A DNA stretch of 64,000 nucleotides from Candidatus Shapirobacteria bacterium (GCA_028700625.1 JAQVSI010000002.1:3276-67275), one strand, 5' to 3'. Shown: positions 35,944 through 45,642, numbered from the stretch's first letter. Translations and numbers: made by a program. Notes: generated from the letters alone by a model not told the origin.

Positions 35944-36088
35944 GAATTAATAAAATAATTCGAACTTTTAAAAATAAACTTAGTTTAAAGACAAAGGAGA
36001 GATTTGGAGTGTGGCTCCTCTAGAGTTTCGCACCCCGCTTCTCCTTTGACTTTAAATATTAAAGCTCCGCTACTGCGGGGCTTTTTTA
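35944..36088 (+). ncRNA. candidate small RNA (~145 nt) running from the promoter to an intrinsic terminator
   Basis: A consensus promoter is followed by the hairpin GCTCCGC-TACT-GCGGGGC and a T6 run at 36064-36087. The only ORF across it starts at TTG and reads through the terminator. Confidence 0.3.
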
Positions 36089-36107
36089 TGATCACAAATC
36101 CCTCTAA

Positions 36108-36184
36108 ATCTCCCTTTGACCTAAAGGGAGACTTTATTTTTATAACCCCTCCTTTAAGTCAAAGGAGGGGTAGGGGTGGATTTT
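36108..36184. repeat. dual-hairpin repeat, family Y, copy 1
   Basis: TCTCCCTTTGACCTAAAGGGAGA ... CCCCTCCTTTAAGTCAAAGGAGGGG TAGGGGTGGATTTT. Confidence 0.5.
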
Positions 36185-36510
36185 ATATCCTATAACCTTG
36201 ACAAATAAGCACTTTTGCAGTACAATACATTCACAATAATCTTTATGATTATTATGGCGTTTAGTGAAAGCAGGCATTTGCGCTTACTTTCCCAAAACAC
36301 CGTTCTTTAAAAAATAGTTGTTATTTGGAAAGTCTATAAATTTTCTTTATATATCTTGTAATATGTACCATCTTGGGCTCAACTCTTGAACCTAAAATGG
36401 TACATATTAGTAAAAACAAGAGAAATAAGTGGCATTAAAACCGCTTTTTATAATATATAGAAGCATGGGAAACCAAAAGGTAGGCCCGCTTCGGAAAGGA
36501 GAAAACATGA

Positions 36511-37287
36511 ATGGCTACGAAACCGGCTAAAGAATGTCTTTATTGTCACTCAAAAACAAGAAACACAAAAGCCAATTTTTGTTGGAACTGCGGAAAACCG
36601 TACCAACAAAACATTAAACTAATGATAACCTATATAGGTTATCGGATACTAGGAGGTATCACTATGAAAGAAAGCAAAGCAAAATTACTAATAGACGAAG
36701 AAGAAATGGAAGAAGAAAGAAGAGAAAAAAAAATGAAAACATTAAAAATCATCCTTAGAATTTTTGGAGTAATCTTTTTGATTGCCCTCATTTTGCTTGC
36801 AGGTTGGTTCCTCAGAGGTTGTAAATCTATTAATGTAAATAGTCCAACCCCGACACCAACCATCGCTGTAACAGCCACCCCTACTCCAACACCTATTGCT
36901 GAAGGAAAAAGTGAACAAACAGACGCCAACACCGTTCGTTTATTCATCTTAAACCCAACAGCATCACCGCAAACACAAATCGGACATCCGTCAATTTATG
37001 TTGAAACACACGTTTCAGGAAATCCGATTAAATATGTTTTCGATATTCCACAAGAATACGTTGGCATCGTCGGTGGCTATAATGTTGACGGAGTAGACAA
37101 AGGTGTATACAAAGCTTTTGGCCCTGGTCATTACGAAATCGTCGTCACTGACGGATTTGGTCTTATTACTAATGACAATTGGGCTCAAGCCGAGTTCGAA
37201 TTCCGTATCCAACAGGCCATTGATTATAAGTGGGCACATGCTCATATTATTCCTGGCCCTCTTGTAGACCCAACAATCACCAAATAA
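36511..37287 (+). CDS. hypothetical protein: N-terminal zinc ribbon, TM helix, Pro/Thr linker, C-terminal domain
   Basis: CLYCHS...CWNCG, a TM helix, then TPTPTIAVTATPTPTP. Confidence 0.4.
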   Translation: MATKPAKECLYCHSKTRNTKANFCWNCGKPYQQNIKLMITYIGYRILGGITMKESKAKLLIDEEEMEEERREKKMKTLKIILRIFGVIFLIALILLAGWFLRGCKSINVNSPTPTPTIAVTATPTPTPIAEGKSEQTDANTVRLFILNPTASPQTQIGHPSIYVETHVSGNPIKYVFDIPQEYVGIVGGYNVDGVDKGVYKAFGPGHYEIVVTDGFGLITNDNWAQAEFEFRIQQAIDYKWAHAHIIPGPLVDPTITK

Positions 37288-37356
37288 CAACTATCCGGCT
37301 GGAAGAAAGCTCTTTATTTAGCATTTATTTGCTACTTAAAACTTTCTTACCAGCCC

Positions 37357-37405
37357 CGATCATCCGATGCGTGTCGGATCTGATGAGTCCAAAAGGACGA
37401 AATCG
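37357..37405 (+). ncRNA. hammerhead ribozyme, type III
   Basis: CGAUC|AUCCGA-UGCGUG-UCGGAU-CUGAUGA-GUCC-AAAA-GGAC-GAAA-UCG. The full conserved core is present with stem I of 6 bp, stem II of 4 bp and stem III of 4 bp. Confidence 0.7.
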
Positions 37406-37416
37406 AAAAGAATACT

Positions 37417-38286
37417 ATGAAAATTAAAAATCCCTTAGTCACCATCTACATGCCAGTTTTTAATGCTACCCCTTATCTTAGCCAGGCCATCGAAAGTATT
37501 TTAAACCAAAGTTTTTCCAATTTTGAATTTATTATTGTTGATGATGCTTCGACCGACGATTCTTGGAAAATAATTAAATCCTACGCTAAAAAAGATTCTC
37601 GTATAGTCACTATTAAAAATCAAATTAATTTAGGAGTCAGTTTAACTTCAAATGTCGCTATTTCTAAGGCTCGAGGTAAATTTTTAGCCCGTATGGATGC
37701 CGATGATATTTCTTTTACTAATCGTATTGAAAAGCAAATTAAATTCTTAAACAAACATTCTAAAGTCGTTGCCGTTGGTGGTCAATGTGTCGTTATTGAT
37801 GAAAATAACAACATTATTGGTAATAAAAATTTTCCTTCTCAAAATAAAAAATTAAAAGATATGATTTTTTGGGCTGTTCCCATTCAACAACCATCAATGA
37901 TGATTAATTTAAAAAAATTGCCTAAAAATTTTATTTGGTACACTCCAAACCAATCTTCTGCTGAAGAAATTAACCTTATGTTTAGATTTATGCTCTATGG
38001 ACAAATTGCCAATCTCGAAGACAATTTACTTTTTTATCGTCATTTAGACAATAGTCTTTCTCATAAAAATCCAAAAGCTACTTTTAAATTAACTTTAAAA
38101 AGTCGTTTTAATGCCTTAAAACTTGGCTTTAAACCTAGTATTAAAGCTATTATATTAAATTTAATGCAAATGACAGTCATTGCCCTAATCCCCAATAATT
38201 TAATTTATGATATTTGGTATCGAATTCGTGGTATTAAAAAACCAAACGGTCTTACTGTTGGGACTTTTGCCAAAGCTCAAGTATAA
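37417..38286 (+). CDS. GT2-family glycosyltransferase
   Basis: YMPVFNATPYL...IIVDDASTDDS...ARMDADD. Confidence 0.75.
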   Translation: MKIKNPLVTIYMPVFNATPYLSQAIESILNQSFSNFEFIIVDDASTDDSWKIIKSYAKKDSRIVTIKNQINLGVSLTSNVAISKARGKFLARMDADDISFTNRIEKQIKFLNKHSKVVAVGGQCVVIDENNNIIGNKNFPSQNKKLKDMIFWAVPIQQPSMMINLKKLPKNFIWYTPNQSSAEEINLMFRFMLYGQIANLEDNLLFYRHLDNSLSHKNPKATFKLTLKSRFNALKLGFKPSIKAIILNLMQMTVIALIPNNLIYDIWYRIRGIKKPNGLTVGTFAKAQV

Positions 38287-38294
38287 TTTAAATA

Positions 38295-40928
38295 ATGGCT
38301 TTAATAGATAAATTAAAAGCACACTTCGACAAAATAATTTTAGCTTTAGTTCTATTAGTCTTAATTTGTCAAAATTTTACTCCTCATACTTGGCTTATTG
38401 GTTGGGACAACCTTCTTCCCGAACTAAATATCTGGTTAAATTTAAAAAGATCATTTCTGGCGGTCTGGCAGGAATATCAAGGCCTTGGTTTGGTTGGTGG
38501 CATGGGTCATGCTACTGAATTAATCAGACAACTAATAATTCTTCCCTTTACTTTAGTACTTCCTCACAATTTAATCCGCTATTTTTGGCAATTCTTAATG
38601 TTAATTTTAGGCACTTTTAGTCTCAATATTGGTCTAAAAAAAATATTCCACTTGTCAAAAACAACCAGTCTTTTAACTTCCCTTTTTTATCTATTAAATT
38701 TTGGCACTGTTCAATATTTTTGGGTTCCTTTTGAACCATTTTCTACATTTTGGGGATTTTTTCCAGCTCTTTTTTTTCTTCTTTGGAACTACTTAAAAAA
38801 TCCCAATCGTAAAAATCTAATTTACCTTATTTTAATTAACTTTCTCGCCATTCCTAGTTTTTATGTCCAAACTATTTTTATAGTTTATTTAATTTGTCTT
38901 TTTATAATTCTTTTCTCTCATTTAATTTTCAATCTTAAAAAAATTCCAGTAAAACTCTATTCTTCTCTCCTCTTAATTGTCTTTCTTTTAAATTCTTTTT
39001 GGCTTCTCCCATTTTCCTATTATTTAAAAAATGATCTAAACAACACCACTCAAGCCTATGGTAATTTAATGGCCACTCAAGAAACTTTTGATCGTAATCA
39101 AAATAGAGGAACCATCTCTGATTTTTTACTTCTCCGTAACTACTATTTTGATTTTCCAAAAGACAAAAGCACTCTTATGGCTCCTTGGACATCTTTTTTT
39201 TACAACCAATACAATCTAATTTGTGGTTATATTGTTTCCCTGTTTGTCATTATCGGTCTAATCTTTCTTATTTCAAGAATTAAACAAAAATCACCAATTA
39301 AATTATCTATTTTATTAATCTTTCTATTATCTTCGATTGCCTTACTTTCAGACACTCCTATTTTTTCTCAAATAAACTATTTAATTCACCAGATTCCTAT
39401 TATTAACCAAGTTTTTAGATCTCCATGGACAAAATTCTTAGTTCCTACTGCTTTTACTTTCTCTGTTCTTTTAGCTTTTGGACTTGAATTTATCTTCAGG
39501 CTTCTTAAAAAAATCAAATATAATCCAATTTTTTCCAAATCTCTAGTTAGTCTTATTTTTATTTTTGCCCTTTTAAAATTTAGTTTTCCTGTTTTTAAAG
39601 GTCAATTTTTCTCTCCTCAAATAAAACAAAACATTCCACAAGAATATTTTGAACTTTTCACTTTTTTCAACAAAATCTCCCCCACTGCTAGGATTATGAA
39701 TTTACCTCAAGGATCTTTTTGGGGTTGGACCAATTACCGCTGGAATGTCAATGGCTCCGGTTTTATTTGGTATGGTTTAAAACAACCAATCCTCGACCGA
39801 TCTTTTGATGTTTGGAACCTTAAAAATGAAAATTATTATTGGGAATTAACTTCTGCCCTCCAACAAAAAAATCCACAAGCTCTAAATAATATTATTGATA
39901 AATATTCGGTTGAATATATTATTTTTGATAAAAATATTTATTATCCAGATGAAAAGATTTTTGGAAAGCTAGCAACTTCAGGAACAGATATTTTAAATCA
40001 AATTAAAAATTTAAAATTAATTAAAAACATTGGTTCTATATCTATTTACCAAAATCAAAACCCAACTAAAATTTATACTACTAATAATCTCAACAGTAGT
40101 CTTCCAATTGCTCATTTTGATCCTAATTTTAAACCTCAATTTTTACCTTCTTCCGATTCTATTATCTACCCTTTCGATCATAGTATTTTAAAAGAATCTC
40201 AAAATGCAAAAACCAGCACAAATAACGAAATTTATTTTCATCTCCAAAATAAAAATTCTCATAATCTCTTAGCTTTTAATTTTTCTAATCTAAAATTTGA
40301 TCAAGATTATCTTCTTAAAATAGAAACCAAAAATACCAACGGTCAAAGTCCAATTATTTCTGTTTTTGATAATAACAATCATTATTATTTTTTCAAAAAT
40401 CAACTTAAAAAATCAAAAGAATGGCAAATTACCTGGCTTTTAATTCCTAAAATGGAAAATTTTTCTTTTGACACTGGACTAACAGTTTTATTTGACAACC
40501 CAAGTTTTAATAAAACTGATTCTATAAATGAAGTTAAAAATCCTGAAATTTATCCATATCAAAACAATATTCCTCTTATAGACAACTATCAAGCACCTAC
40601 TAACAATTATTTAGATTCAAAATCAAGCATATTTTTTTACAAAACCAAATTAAACCAGAGCAATAATCAGTATTTAGTCTTACCTCAATCATTTCATAAA
40701 GGTTGGAGTGCTTTTTATCTCGATGGTTTAAAACCAGTTTTTCTAAAAGATCATGTTCTCTATAACAATTGGGCCAACGCCTGGCAAATTCCCTCAGATC
40801 TGACATCTGATAGTCTGAAATCTGAGATCTATATTGCTTTCTGGCCTCAAATCTTCGAGTTTTTCGGTTTCGCCCTTCTAATTTCTACCTTCATTTTGAT
40901 ATTTAAAAACAAAAAAGAAATCAAATAA
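38295..40928 (+). CDS. large polytopic membrane protein (YfhO or GT-C-like), likely glycan-related
   Basis: 877 aa with more than 12 N-terminal TM helices, directly downstream of the GT2 gene. It carries a heptamer repeat at 40797-40830. Confidence 0.45.
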   Translation: MALIDKLKAHFDKIILALVLLVLICQNFTPHTWLIGWDNLLPELNIWLNLKRSFLAVWQEYQGLGLVGGMGHATELIRQLIILPFTLVLPHNLIRYFWQFLMLILGTFSLNIGLKKIFHLSKTTSLLTSLFYLLNFGTVQYFWVPFEPFSTFWGFFPALFFLLWNYLKNPNRKNLIYLILINFLAIPSFYVQTIFIVYLICLFIILFSHLIFNLKKIPVKLYSSLLLIVFLLNSFWLLPFSYYLKNDLNNTTQAYGNLMATQETFDRNQNRGTISDFLLLRNYYFDFPKDKSTLMAPWTSFFYNQYNLICGYIVSLFVIIGLIFLISRIKQKSPIKLSILLIFLLSSIALLSDTPIFSQINYLIHQIPIINQVFRSPWTKFLVPTAFTFSVLLAFGLEFIFRLLKKIKYNPIFSKSLVSLIFIFALLKFSFPVFKGQFFSPQIKQNIPQEYFELFTFFNKISPTARIMNLPQGSFWGWTNYRWNVNGSGFIWYGLKQPILDRSFDVWNLKNENYYWELTSALQQKNPQALNNIIDKYSVEYIIFDKNIYYPDEKIFGKLATSGTDILNQIKNLKLIKNIGSISIYQNQNPTKIYTTNNLNSSLPIAHFDPNFKPQFLPSSDSIIYPFDHSILKESQNAKTSTNNEIYFHLQNKNSHNLLAFNFSNLKFDQDYLLKIETKNTNGQSPIISVFDNNNHYYFFKNQLKKSKEWQITWLLIPKMENFSFDTGLTVLFDNPSFNKTDSINEVKNPEIYPYQNNIPLIDNYQAPTNNYLDSKSSIFFYKTKLNQSNNQYLVLPQSFHKGWSAFYLDGLKPVFLKDHVLYNNWANAWQIPSDLTSDSLKSEIYIAFWPQIFEFFGFALLISTFILIFKNKKEIK
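40797..40830. repeat. ATCTGAN heptamer repeats inside the large membrane protein gene
   Basis: AGATCTGACATCTGATAGTCTGAAATCTGAGATCT. Confidence 0.5.
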
Positions 40929-40929
40929 A

Positions 40930-41024
40930 TTCGAAGTCATAATTTTTTGTGGCCTTGCCTGCCCGCCTCTGGAGGGAACGTGCGACGCACATTCACCAGA
41001 CATAAAAAATTGTGACGAGAATTT
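40930..41024. repeat. family X, copy 3, carrying a 25-nt GC-rich insertion
   Basis: Between the convergent 38295-40928 gene and glyA. Confidence 0.55.
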
Positions 41025-41031
41025 ATTAAAA

Positions 41032-42186
41032 TTAAAGATTTTTTATTATCCCTGCAATCTTATTTCCTAATTCTTCAAATTCCTTTTCTTTCCACCCTCT
41101 GGTTGTCATAGCTGGAGTTCCCAGTCTAATTCCCGATGGACTAAAAGGACCAGCTTTGTCATGAGGAATAGTATTGGCATTAACCACAATTCCATTTTCT
41201 TCAAGTTTTACAGCTGCCGCTTTTCCTTTTTCAAATCCCACTTCCACCACCATCAAATGATTTTCAGTTCCAAACACATTTAAACCATTTTTTCTTAATG
41301 AATCAGCCAAAGCTTTTGCATTTTTGATAATTTGAGATGCATAATCCTTAAATTCTTGAGTATCACATTCACCAAAAGCCACTGCTAATGCTGCAATTTG
41401 ATTTTCATGAGGACCACCCTGCAAGCCTGGAAATACTGCCCTGTCAATTTTTTTTGCCAATTCTACATCTTTCTCAAACCCTTTTTTAGTTACCCCAATC
41501 ACTGCACCTCGTGGCCCTCGCAAGCTTTTATGAGTAGTACTAGTAATTATATGGACATATTCATTTGGACTTGGATGAACCCCTCCCACCACTAAACCAG
41601 CAATATGAGAAATATCCGCCACCAACCATGCTCCAACTTTATCAGCAATTTCTCCAAATCTTTTAAAATCTAGAATATAAGGATAAGCAGTAGTTCCTGC
41701 CATTATCATTTTTGGTTTTTCTCTTAAAACCAATTCTTCTAATTTGTCATAATCAATTCGACCATCTGCCTCAACATCATATTGCAAACTTTCAAAAAAT
41801 TTTCCCGAAAAAGTGATTTTTGGATGACCATGAGTTAAATGTCCACCAGCCGAAAGTTTTAAACCACAAATTTTATCCCCTCTTTCCAAAAGTGCCATTT
41901 GCACTGCACTATTAGCCGGACTTCCAGAATAAGATTGAACGTTTAAATGTTCCACTCCTAAAACTTTTTTTCCTCTCTCAATTGCTAAATTTTCAATTTG
42001 ATCCACAAATTCATTTCCCTGATAATATCTTCGACCAGGATACCCCTCGGCATATTTATTGGTCAAACAGCTTCCCAAAGCCATTAAAACCTCATCCGAA
42101 GCAAAATTTTCACTTGGAATTAAATGAATTAAATTTTTCTGTCTTTCTTCTTCTTTTTTAATCAAATCTCTAATTTGTTGATCCAT
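41032..42186 (-). CDS. glyA: serine hydroxymethyltransferase
   Basis: The PLP-lysine region TTHKSLRGPRG, plus GGHLTHG. Confidence 0.9.
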   Translation of the reverse strand: MDQQIRDLIKKEEERQKNLIHLIPSENFASDEVLMALGSCLTNKYAEGYPGRRYYQGNEFVDQIENLAIERGKKVLGVEHLNVQSYSGSPANSAVQMALLERGDKICGLKLSAGGHLTHGHPKITFSGKFFESLQYDVEADGRIDYDKLEELVLREKPKMIMAGTTAYPYILDFKRFGEIADKVGAWLVADISHIAGLVVGGVHPSPNEYVHIITSTTHKSLRGPRGAVIGVTKKGFEKDVELAKKIDRAVFPGLQGGPHENQIAALAVAFGECDTQEFKDYASQIIKNAKALADSLRKNGLNVFGTENHLMVVEVGFEKGKAAAVKLEENGIVVNANTIPHDKAGPFSPSGIRLGTPAMTTRGWKEKEFEELGNKIAGIIKNL

Positions 42187-42208
42187 GTCTTAATTTTAAC
42201 TAATAATT

Positions 42209-43168
42209 TTACAAAAGTTTACTTTGTTCTTCCCATTTGAAAAGTTCCCCCAAAGATCTTTCCATATGAATTCTATATATTATTTTACTTAAAAGTGGCG
42301 CCAAAGAAATTATTTTCATCTTCTTAATTCTTTTTTCTTTAGGAATTGGAACAGAATCTAGAAAAATAACTTGATCAGCCAAACTATCGTTTAGTCTTTT
42401 CACTGCTTCACCACTTAAAAGTGCATGAGTAGCCGCTATTATTATTTTTTTAGCTCCATATTTTTTTGTTGCTTCGGCTGCTCCACAAATTGATCCGCCA
42501 CCATCCACAATATCATCAATTATTAAAGCAGTTTTTCCTTTAACATCACCAACCACATGTGCCACTTCACATTGACTGTGTTGGCGTCTAATTTTATCTA
42601 TAATGGCAATCGGTGTCCCCAATAAATCAGCTATTTTATTAGCTCTTTTTGCTCCACCAATATCTGGTGACACTACCACCAGATCTTCATACTTTTTTGT
42701 CTTAATATATTTAGCAATTAATGGATATCCCACCAAATGATCAACTGGAATATCATAAAATCCCTGTATTTGTTCAGCATGAAGATCAACTGTCACTAAT
42801 CTGTCGATTCCTGCTTTAGTAATTAAATTAGCCACTAATTTTGCCGATATTGGTTCGTGTGACTGAGTCCTTCTGTCTTGTCTTGAATAACAAAGTTGAG
42901 GACAAATTAAATTAACTCGACGAGCCGATGATCTTTTTAAGGCGTCAACCAAAATTAAAGTCTCCATCAAGCAATCATTCACTGGATTAATCATCGTTTG
43001 AATTATAAAAACATCATCTCCTCTTACTTTTTTACCCAATCTCGCATAAATTTCCCCATTAGGAAATTTTTTGATAATCACTGGAGTTAAATCCAATTTT
43101 AACCTTTTGGCAATTTTTTTTGCCAATTCTGGATGTGATGTCCCAGCAATTAGTTGTATTCCATTCAT
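42209..43168 (-). CDS. prs: ribose-phosphate pyrophosphokinase
   Basis: DLHAEQIQGFY and the PRPP-binding DDIVDGGGS. Confidence 0.85.
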   Translation of the reverse strand: MNGIQLIAGTSHPELAKKIAKRLKLDLTPVIIKKFPNGEIYARLGKKVRGDDVFIIQTMINPVNDCLMETLILVDALKRSSARRVNLICPQLCYSRQDRRTQSHEPISAKLVANLITKAGIDRLVTVDLHAEQIQGFYDIPVDHLVGYPLIAKYIKTKKYEDLVVVSPDIGGAKRANKIADLLGTPIAIIDKIRRQHSQCEVAHVVGDVKGKTALIIDDIVDGGGSICGAAEATKKYGAKKIIIAATHALLSGEAVKRLNDSLADQVIFLDSVPIPKEKRIKKMKIISLAPLLSKIIYRIHMERSLGELFKWEEQSKLL

Positions 43169-43773
43169 ATTATTTTTTTATTTTTTAACTTTTCTAAAAT
43201 ATCTTTATGAATAATATCCATATCTCTATTCCCGTCGATTACGACCACATCATCACCCATTTTTTCACAAAACCACAAATAAGACCTTCTACATTGTTCC
43301 AATTTTTCCTTTCTTTCAAAAATTGTTTTTGTTGATCTTCCCTCATCAATTCTTTTTATTGCCGTTTCTGCGTCAATATCAAGAAAAATAGTCAAATCTG
43401 CTCTTGGAACCACATTTTCATTTAACTCCAACATCATTTGTTTCTTTTCTTCTTCAGTATAAGCCACTGTCGAACCATAATATCTATCAGATATAACAAA
43501 TTCATCATTTTCAATTGCTGGTTCTATTACTTTTTTATAATGGTCTCTTCTGTCTGCCACAAAACACAACTGCAATGCCAAAGGATCCATTTTTTCTCCA
43601 CCATTAAGAGTAACCTCTATTAATTTTCCCACTGGTAAATTTCTAGTATGTTCACAAGTTACTATTGTTTTAATTCCGTTTTGTTCAAAATAATTCTGCA
43701 ATTTTTCGATTTGAGTACCCTTACCGCAGCCATCAATCCCTTCAAAAACAATAAATTTTCCTTTTTTATTCAT
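43165..43773 (-). CDS. tmk: thymidylate kinase
   Basis: FIVFEGIDGCGKGTQ. Confidence 0.8.
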   Translation of the reverse strand: MNKKGKFIVFEGIDGCGKGTQIEKLQNYFEQNGIKTIVTCEHTRNLPVGKLIEVTLNGGEKMDPLALQLCFVADRRDHYKKVIEPAIENDEFVISDRYYGSTVAYTEEEKKQMMLELNENVVPRADLTIFLDIDAETAIKRIDEGRSTKTIFERKEKLEQCRRSYLWFCEKMGDDVVVIDGNRDMDIIHKDILEKLKNKKII

Positions 43774-44494
43774 TTCTTATTCTACTTTTTAATTCTGCCC
43801 CTTTAATTGTCTTCCATAAACCGCAACTCATATCACCTTCAAAACATATTCCCTGCGACACACAACTTGGTCCAGCATTTTCAAAAAGTATTGGCGCTTT
43901 TTTCTTAACCACTCTTAACATTTCTCTAGCCAAGGCTTGTATTTCCCATTGAGCCCTTCGACAACACCTTAAAGTTAAAAAATGTAACAAAGCTCTAGCA
44001 TCCATAGTCACCACAATTTTTGTTTTTAAAGATTGAGGTTGACAATATCTAGCATCCTCAGCCTTAACTCCTAAATCAATCAATTCATTATAAAGTTTTT
44101 GAGTATTTTCAAAATGTTTTTTAACTTTTTTCAAAACTTTTTTATCACCATTCAAAATTGCTGGTGGAATTACATATTGAGCCTCACCTCTCTTGACATA
44201 TCTTCCTGATTGAATTGAATAAGAACAACCAATTCTATGTCTAATTAGTTGAATTTCAGTTACCCGACTAACTCCTTCAATCGAAAAAGTAAAAGATGCA
44301 TGTTCTAAGGTTGAAGTATGTCCTGAAGCCATTACTTGTCTTATTAATCTCTCCCTAGTTTCTTTATTAGTTTTTTCTTTTAATTCTTTAGCTCCCACCT
44401 GGCTATAACATTGTCTAATCGCTGCCACGATATTTTGTTCTGGATTGGTTGTATAACTCAATAAATTAACTTTCAATTTAACATTTTTAGCCAT
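43766..44494 (-). CDS. thyX: FAD-dependent thymidylate synthase ThyX
   Basis: RHRIGCSYSIQSGRY, the ThyX signature. Confidence 0.85.
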   Translation of the reverse strand: MAKNVKLKVNLLSYTTNPEQNIVAAIRQCYSQVGAKELKEKTNKETRERLIRQVMASGHTSTLEHASFTFSIEGVSRVTEIQLIRHRIGCSYSIQSGRYVKRGEAQYVIPPAILNGDKKVLKKVKKHFENTQKLYNELIDLGVKAEDARYCQPQSLKTKIVVTMDARALLHFLTLRCCRRAQWEIQALAREMLRVVKKKAPILFENAGPSCVSQGICFEGDMSCGLWKTIKGAELKSRIRNE

Positions 44495-44712
44495 TTTTAT
44501 TTAAAAAATCTAATCTAAGACAGATTAAACCAGTAGCTTTTTTAAATCAATTAAACAAACTATATCAAAAATATTTAAGCCAAAAATCTACGGTTAATAT
44601 TCTAAAATTATTAAATTTCAAAAAAAAATATATCTATTAAAACCTCTATTTCGTCTATAAAAATTCTATTTAGTGAATCAAAGTAAATCATTTTATATAT
44701 CATAAGATATCA

Positions 44713-45642
44713 TTAACAAAAAGGACATTTTTCTCCAGAATACCAACAACCACATTTTTTACACTCCATAAATCCTTCTGGAATTTTCCCATGTTTTACT
44801 TCACCGTTAGATAAAATATAATAACCAATCTTTTCTCCAAAATTTCCCACTGTTGTTGTCACTGAACAACCAAAACTTTGTTCTGTTTTAGCTCCAGTCA
44901 TTGCTCCATACATAAAATCTTCCAATTTATTTCGACTAATTACAATTTCTTTTTCATCTTTTCTATTTCTTAAAGCATTAAAACAAGCCGAATATAATCT
45001 AAAAATTACATCACTATCTTCCGTTAAATTATTTCCAAAATTATTTTTAAATTCTTTTAAATATTTACCAACCACTTTTTCAATGTAATCAAATTCAAGC
45101 GAATTTTTTGATTCACACAAATCAAATAAACTAAAGATTTCAGCCAATTTTAAATTGACTCCCGTTGGGGATTTTAAGATTTCTTTTTCATCTTTAATTT
45201 CTTCTTGACCACCCAAAACACTTCTCATTTTCTTCATATCTCCAAAATCATTTTTCACTACAATTCTATTCCAAACTATTTTTTCATCCACTTTTCTCCA
45301 AAAATCAACAGAATTAGTTAAATAACCAAATTCTTCATTTTTAGGACTAAAATAAACCCAGGTTTTTTTAGGATCTTGACTCAACCCGCTCTCTATTTTT
45401 TTAATTGCCTGATTTTCTTCATCATTTCCCAATTCCGAAACCAAATCACCTGAAAACAAATCAACAATTCTTCCATTTTCTATCACAAAATTTTTAGAAA
45501 ATTTTACTATACCAAAATCCTCAGCTAATTGAGTTGTTAACTCTAATTTCAAATTTAAATCTCTTTTTTCTAAATCTACTCTCCCTAAAAAAACAACTTC
45601 TTTTTCTGCTGAATAACCATTTCGTTCTATTTTTTCTTTCAT
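44713..45642 (-). CDS. hypothetical protein with a C-terminal zinc ribbon
   Basis: CKKCGCW...CPFC at the C-terminus. Confidence 0.35.
   Translation of the reverse strand: MKEKIERNGYSAEKEVVFLGRVDLEKRDLNLKLELTTQLAEDFGIVKFSKNFVIENGRIVDLFSGDLVSELGNDEENQAIKKIESGLSQDPKKTWVYFSPKNEEFGYLTNSVDFWRKVDEKIVWNRIVVKNDFGDMKKMRSVLGGQEEIKDEKEILKSPTGVNLKLAEIFSLFDLCESKNSLEFDYIEKVVGKYLKEFKNNFGNNLTEDSDVIFRLYSACFNALRNRKDEKEIVISRNKLEDFMYGAMTGAKTEQSFGCSVTTTVGNFGEKIGYYILSNGEVKHGKIPEGFMECKKCGCWYSGEKCPFC

Noticed and set aside
36004-36195. 63-aa ORF starting at TTG
   Set aside because: It reads straight through an intrinsic terminator hairpin and the family-Y repeat. It is more likely part of a non-coding transcript.
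35750-36510. Searched the 760-bp non-coding gap for tmRNA, SRP RNA or RNase P RNA
   Set aside because: No tRNA-like 3' end with a tag ORF, no GGAA-tetraloop or AGCAGCC SRP domain IV motif, and no GGAAAGUCCGG P4 sequence. Only a short sRNA candidate was retained.
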